A stretch of DNA of 64,000 nt from NCBI GenBank assembly GCA_030637655.1, contig DAOWGI010000002.1:40355-104354 (forward strand), written 5' to 3'. The position numbers were made by a program, and so were the translations under genes. Origin of the DNA: a candidate division FCPU426 bacterium (lineage in GTDB: Bacteria; Oederibacteriota; JAAXVQ01; JAUVAV01). Positions 61,601 to 64,000 of this stretch are shown in pieces. The notes beneath the pieces were generated by a model. The model made no database searches, was not told the origin of the DNA, and saw only the letters and a program-made list of their open reading frames with translations. Each line of letters opens with the position of its first letter. Position 1 is the first letter of the stretch.

Positions 61601-64000
61601 AAATTTTATGGTTGGGAAGCCAGTAGACCGGAATTCCTTTGTTTGGTAAAAGATTTTGTTGTCCTGCCGTTTAATCAATATGCTAAAGCCGGTAGAATAG
61701 GCAAATTGCTGAAAGAAGCCGAATATCAGGAAAGAGAATTGGTGGTTGGCAAATTAGAACAAGTAGGCTTTAAATTAACACCTGAGCTTAAGAAAGACCT
61801 GCTGAATTTCAGCGCCAAGACGCGTGCCAATCTGTCTGCTGCCGGTAAACGCGCCCTGGCTTGTGAAAGTGTTGTCCAGGTAGTGGAAGCCACGATCAGA
61901 GGGATAAAAAAAGGACGTTTTACCTGGGCGGACATTCCTGATATGTTGCCGCAAAAGCAGTGTTTTGCTGCTGTGACTACGGCAGAAGGAAAAAAAACAA
62001 ACACAGATGATATTGTGGCCAATATTGCTGCTAGTATGCTGTGTGAATCCGGCACAACTCCGGACCAACTGCTGACGCGTGCCTTGGAAATAAATGAGGC
62101 ATGGCGCAAAGAGTTTCTGGACGCGTATTTTAAAGTGGATCGTGATCCGAAAAAAATATTAAGTGTACAAAACATCTTGCTGGGATTGTACCGGGCATAT
62201 GTGGCTGAATATGAGGTGAGTGTGGAAGAAGGAAATCCCAAAGCAGCGGCTGCGTTTGCCGCTGAAAAACTTTCGCGTTTTAATGAAACGGATGTCATGC
62301 AAGCCAGTGCTTATGTGGCACGGGGTGTTAAACCAAAAGCAATCCAACTGACGCGTGAACAGCAGCGGATTCTTGTCCGGGTCATTTGCACGAATATGAC
62401 CAGGTCCAATGAAGCGGAGTTGTTGGAAGGCAGACCGGTTACTGCCAATTTAATAGGGTGCGCCGGTGTTGTGGCTGTTGGGCCTGTTGAGCAAGGAGTC
62501 GGACATGTGGGTTACTTAAGTTATGCTCCTGACCACATCAGCATAGCAAACTTACGTAAAATTCTGGAACCCATCAAATCTGTGGTTGGTCAGGATGAGG
62601 TTCTGGTTATTTCCTCCACCGGGCGCACCAGCCGGCAAAATATCAAATACTTGGAGAATTTTATCAGGGAACGCTTTGAGGTGGAATTAACCAGGCCGGT
62701 TTACGTGCTGCGCAGCCAGGAGTGGTTTGGAGCCCATGTTTCGGATATGTATATTGTCACCAATGTGCTGGCCCTGCCGGACGGGGGCGTGTATATATTG
62801 TACACCTCGCAGGATACAAAAAAATATTACGGTATGGCTGAATATCAGGGTCAGGGCCGCTGGTATTTTTGGGATACTAAATGTTTTGATATGGTGGAAA
62901 AATTGGCGGTCCGGGTGGAGGCGTTGGAAGAGCAGCAGCTGACCGGCATACCCGATGGCAATGAGATATCCCTGAATTTGGCGGAATTGATTTCTGAGCA
63001 GGATATTATACAAGTGCAGCCGGCAGATGATAAAGTAAAAACTCCTGTGTTTAAAGACGGGATGATACAGGTGCCGGCACTCAATCGCGCTTTGGCGCAG
63101 ATCAGTGAAAAAATAAATCAAGCGGGTTTGGGAGCAGAGGTCTTGATTAGTCTGGGCGGAAGTATTAGGGTTATGAGTCATGCCCAGACTCAAATACCCT
63201 TGTCAAAATTTCATGATTTTGATATTGAAGTAAACCTGTCACGCGCGGTGGATCAAGAAAAATTGGCTGCAGCGCTGCGTATTGCCGGCAACCGTGTCTT
63301 GACTGAGTACGGACTTTCCTTTTCTGAACTCTATGTAAATACCAAGCCGGGGACACCGATGACCGTGCGCGGTAAAATACAAGACTCGAAAACTAAACAC
63401 ACGTATTCGATAGACTTTTTAAATAAAGTACTGGATGGACCTATTACTGAAGAGCGAATGATGGAATGGTATCGGAATTTTCTGTCATCCCAATATGAAA
63501 AAACAGGAAGTATAGCCTGGCATAAATTGGAGGCTTTTGATCCGCTATCAGATCCTCGGAAATTCATAGTTCGCTATTTGGCCTATGAATGGTTATTTGG
63601 AAAGGAGGCGTTGTATGCCGGTTATGTTCAACAATTCCTAAACACCGAAGAGAAAGCCTATCCGGCACTGGTGCGGGAAATCATAGGGAAAAAGCGTGTG
63701 ACTGTTTTAACAAAGGCAGTAACCCGTCACCTCGATCGTTTGGGACAAACACCGGATCAAAAAATTCAGTCAACCTCTCCCATTGGCGGTATCTGGCCCT
63801 GGTTAAAAGCCTGGATTGATCCGTTTTTGGTGCGCTTAGGATTGGCGCCTGGCACCTACGACCGCTGGGTGGCGTGGCTGGCGGAAAATGGAATATCCCT
63901 GCTTGCAGGATCGATTGCGTCTATGGCCTTAATCTCAGTGGGTGCGGTAAGTCCTGAGCTGTTCTGGCAAGCAGGTTATTTGGCTGCCTGGCCGATTTTC
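55622..64000 (+). CDS. Giant modular membrane protein 2 (>2793 aa, 3'-truncated), paralog of 21809-29533
   Basis: Manual translation: MRMRLP...FPYLTWAF...[18 protein letters not shown]...GEEGAF...SGGFH...LEKLL. Spot-checked segments stay in frame to the window end, and the ORF track lists no terminated ORF in this frame. Confidence 0.92.
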   Translation, partial: MRMRLPISISFWQCHSQRFGLKVMALLIAFSFIFPYLTWAFEPQSYTIQKTGQISIHHLGKTLSLPEKLGTIHKGYQGDKQLIVHIQDLHCHYEVQKNIANIIHHLAQEYELRLVGEEGAFACVNTTKLRTFPMQEVKVQVADYFVRQGKLTGAEFYAGTGEHPVNLCGIETPDLYLRSEKAVRSFLNQETLGYCYDIREQLEELKSELYSPALKRFDQKRTLYRQSKMELLAYCAFLKKTGTRLKVPFSAYPALKRFLQIQSPVFTRKIDSDQLFQEADDLDASIRRRLYTTEVERELDDMLYRLDIMEKLLNISVTTAELREFRSLRSAFYIRQFVAFIERNVPDNEYLLDHGVYQLDNHLKTVEDFYQMAEERSVHFVDNLQRKMERENQKIAVMISGGFHTREVLAEIERQGISYVSIKPRFIRQDLVNPYFQLLQNRYTPLEKLLVKNQNILALRTSCSDGNFSPEQIVRSAQLTEPHQIFFNDSTELLLENVAVLTLKTQGLTNEQVVPELIAVLESYAANEPDIGVQLAPAFVAENAELLPEIGKDLAVVIIPTSATDSRGTQIKTVAVWDKHLNVPMDLAGIIPQIDIAGNRFLFYPAERVPEVVADLVKRQSARFNPGRVARRMLKDWQQYAQALGLLAVKAARFWASHWRVLRGRMAAYFQPVPQPVRAGLIGKYIVLSEPEYDAKRGVVFFKGYHIKKKEVKNIEIKAHLVYEDVEEFLAAKLSVFAEWEQKQEKLSGRKAHKILPKVQEWIKDRAAIDRLLLLDSNNPYGIQGLGTKNMIAVGTKLQHEPMAWLHETLEAMGMAGDITAEEVLSFVEDHTWFDKKMKDPNRLGMKLHYAIIALQHELNTAYNYDLYFNIKGRLSRREIFQQIRETGVSEKAVIQDFYQQRSTVETIEQERELLAAVIKAQKEAEAQIDRQKQRARETLELAWDFVSNDKKPSSHETRESMVQMVFNALDVLDPQVAADVLSAEMLDNLFASPGKSGWSQAILKNGVLQRSPKVSERVLVNGFQKLFVDRTGSLQQRRALWRNLQTIMDHRDTLSSSTLKALKHLLRDGLQDIFASEASKPVDFFERETIMDAYHSLLLRDNNTILSLGLVGTLIGNHETTDASLAVLDILQEYCEAISPDRANIIVGKPRWFTNLLLKMYAAADSPEKKCLILRRIRKFYPLMSSPEIETILFDYFVPHLQLAAAEVPRLAPKAEALRDEIDESMEQIEALVLLLRTLAKFSQDDAVLQYLVKMARSNIWHSHVTSEVASVLARFLEDEHPEVIRLFTDHLTPGWRTIEKKRLDDMLAKDVTDEKILRWLRTKRGKTRAGFMVLLRHRKRAGLLQAIVLNQFNRRTLTFPLLLRLYAIVLHASENITKKDKNTKKEFIEMWSSLEMEAGVSLRATIVEMLKDDAAARDMVDNIWLQDEVLKIYVATDMLDTVVEYPRLKNSDDGLRHQVASSDYARMAPYFRNARTSFKIGGRLIKAAPEPALFLLQVIKHELGHVLGDAYIGYHGKNRDSIDPSLQEHFADLFPDEFSRRFEQDVTYFRKRFHYEEHFKTVAEHDNRADDEYMGGRAVTQIIEKAFEESNIPITSGDLIEAELYVFANLPPNLSVRRFVHLVVDRYTKAYHDELAEDKGVRSLLKKAKAADIENPLKTFSKKGIKLPTVEELVARIKEASLGGIMSWLKAPIVRILKIQPQTYDLGVAWLAENSLSLTIGGVVSVVAGVAIGLDVSQMLNLGYVLAWPIFFGLHYIKANGERAPPANRILAGMIAIFNLALMFTSLPLPIMFAASFIIHWYVNQVMSRTEISFKQYLRGVFMRPWQEFTIENFFSPGKWLRAHKNKKPDGKTDYFELIPRLIGIVNMYTSIFTVPMLAVYAIPGLGAALGAMGWAAVLVPITSAVPAFLGMHGVYNVFVPWAQLSLEQQPDEPDAEARNLEGEINRFKRLPEFKRLNGVVGFSGMGVNLGPEFSAARHNLLAGRVVRKVAKFYGWEASRPEFLCLVKDFVVLPFNQYAKAGRIGKLLKEAEYQERELVVGKLEQVGFKLTPELKKDLLNFSAKTRANLSAAGKRALACESVVQVVEATIRGIKKGRFTWADIPDMLPQKQCFAAVTTAEGKKTNTDDIVANIAASMLCESGTTPDQLLTRALEINEAWRKEFLDAYFKVDRDPKKILSVQNILLGLYRAYVAEYEVSVEEGNPKAAAAFAAEKLSRFNETDVMQASAYVARGVKPKAIQLTREQQRILVRVICTNMTRSNEAELLEGRPVTANLIGCAGVVAVGPVEQGVGHVGYLSYAPDHISIANLRKILEPIKSVVGQDEVLVISSTGRTSRQNIKYLENFIRERFEVELTRPVYVLRSQEWFGAHVSDMYIVTNVLALPDGGVYILYTSQDTKKYYGMAEYQGQGRWYFWDTKCFDMVEKLAVRVEALEEQQLTGIPDGNEISLNLAELISEQDIIQVQPADDKVKTPVFKDGMIQVPALNRALAQISEKINQAGLGAEVLISLGGSIRVMSHAQTQIPLSKFHDFDIEVNLSRAVDQEKLAAALRIAGNRVLTEYGLSFSELYVNTKPGTPMTVRGKIQDSKTKHTYSIDFLNKVLDGPITEERMMEWYRNFLSSQYEKTGSIAWHKLEAFDPLSDPRKFIVRYLAYEWLFGKEALYAGYVQQFLNTEEKAYPALVREIIGKKRVTVLTKAVTRHLDRLGQTPDQKIQSTSPIGGIWPWLKAWIDPFLVRLGLAPGTYDRWVAWLAENGISLLAGSIASMALISVGAVSPELFWQAGYLAAWPIF

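Noticed and set aside
55784-63819. Numerous short ORFs listed in the last 8 kb
   Set aside because: All are out-of-frame or antisense shadows of the giant ORF starting at 55622.

Overview
Bacterial chromosomal window, probably from a diderm anaerobe (an outer-membrane beta-barrel gene and hydG are present). Most genes are ordinary metabolic, envelope or signalling genes: cobO, macrodomain, ClC channel, MCP, GT4, folE2, MltD-like, nadE, Dus, hydG, patatin, a diguanylate cyclase, a hybrid kinase and a HAD hydrolase. Three things stand out. (1) Two paralogous giant membrane-protein genes: 21809-29533 (2574 aa) and 55622->64000 (>2793 aa, missing from the ORF track because it runs off the window). 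They share a ~460-aa N-terminal domain. Each then alternates a repeated hydrophobic module (GG...YD..VA..AE N...FxxxH...RAPP...HxxxN, resembling CPBP/Abi intramembrane protease motifs) with unrelated cargo domains (DnaJ J-domain, HExxH zincin, degenerate HD/dGTPase-like, nucleotidyltransferase-like). This is a candidate modular polyprotein/effector system. (2) A pair of large uncharacterised genes at the window start (<1-5175, 5202-7103). (3) Many non-autonomous repeats: GTAG REP-like palindromes (one in-frame inside giant gene 1), GTAA-ended MITEs with 8-bp target duplications, and a 263-bp MITE with 14-16-bp flanking direct repeats. I saw no rRNA, tRNA, CRISPR array or intact transposase. 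All domain calls are by eye from motifs; no database searches were run.
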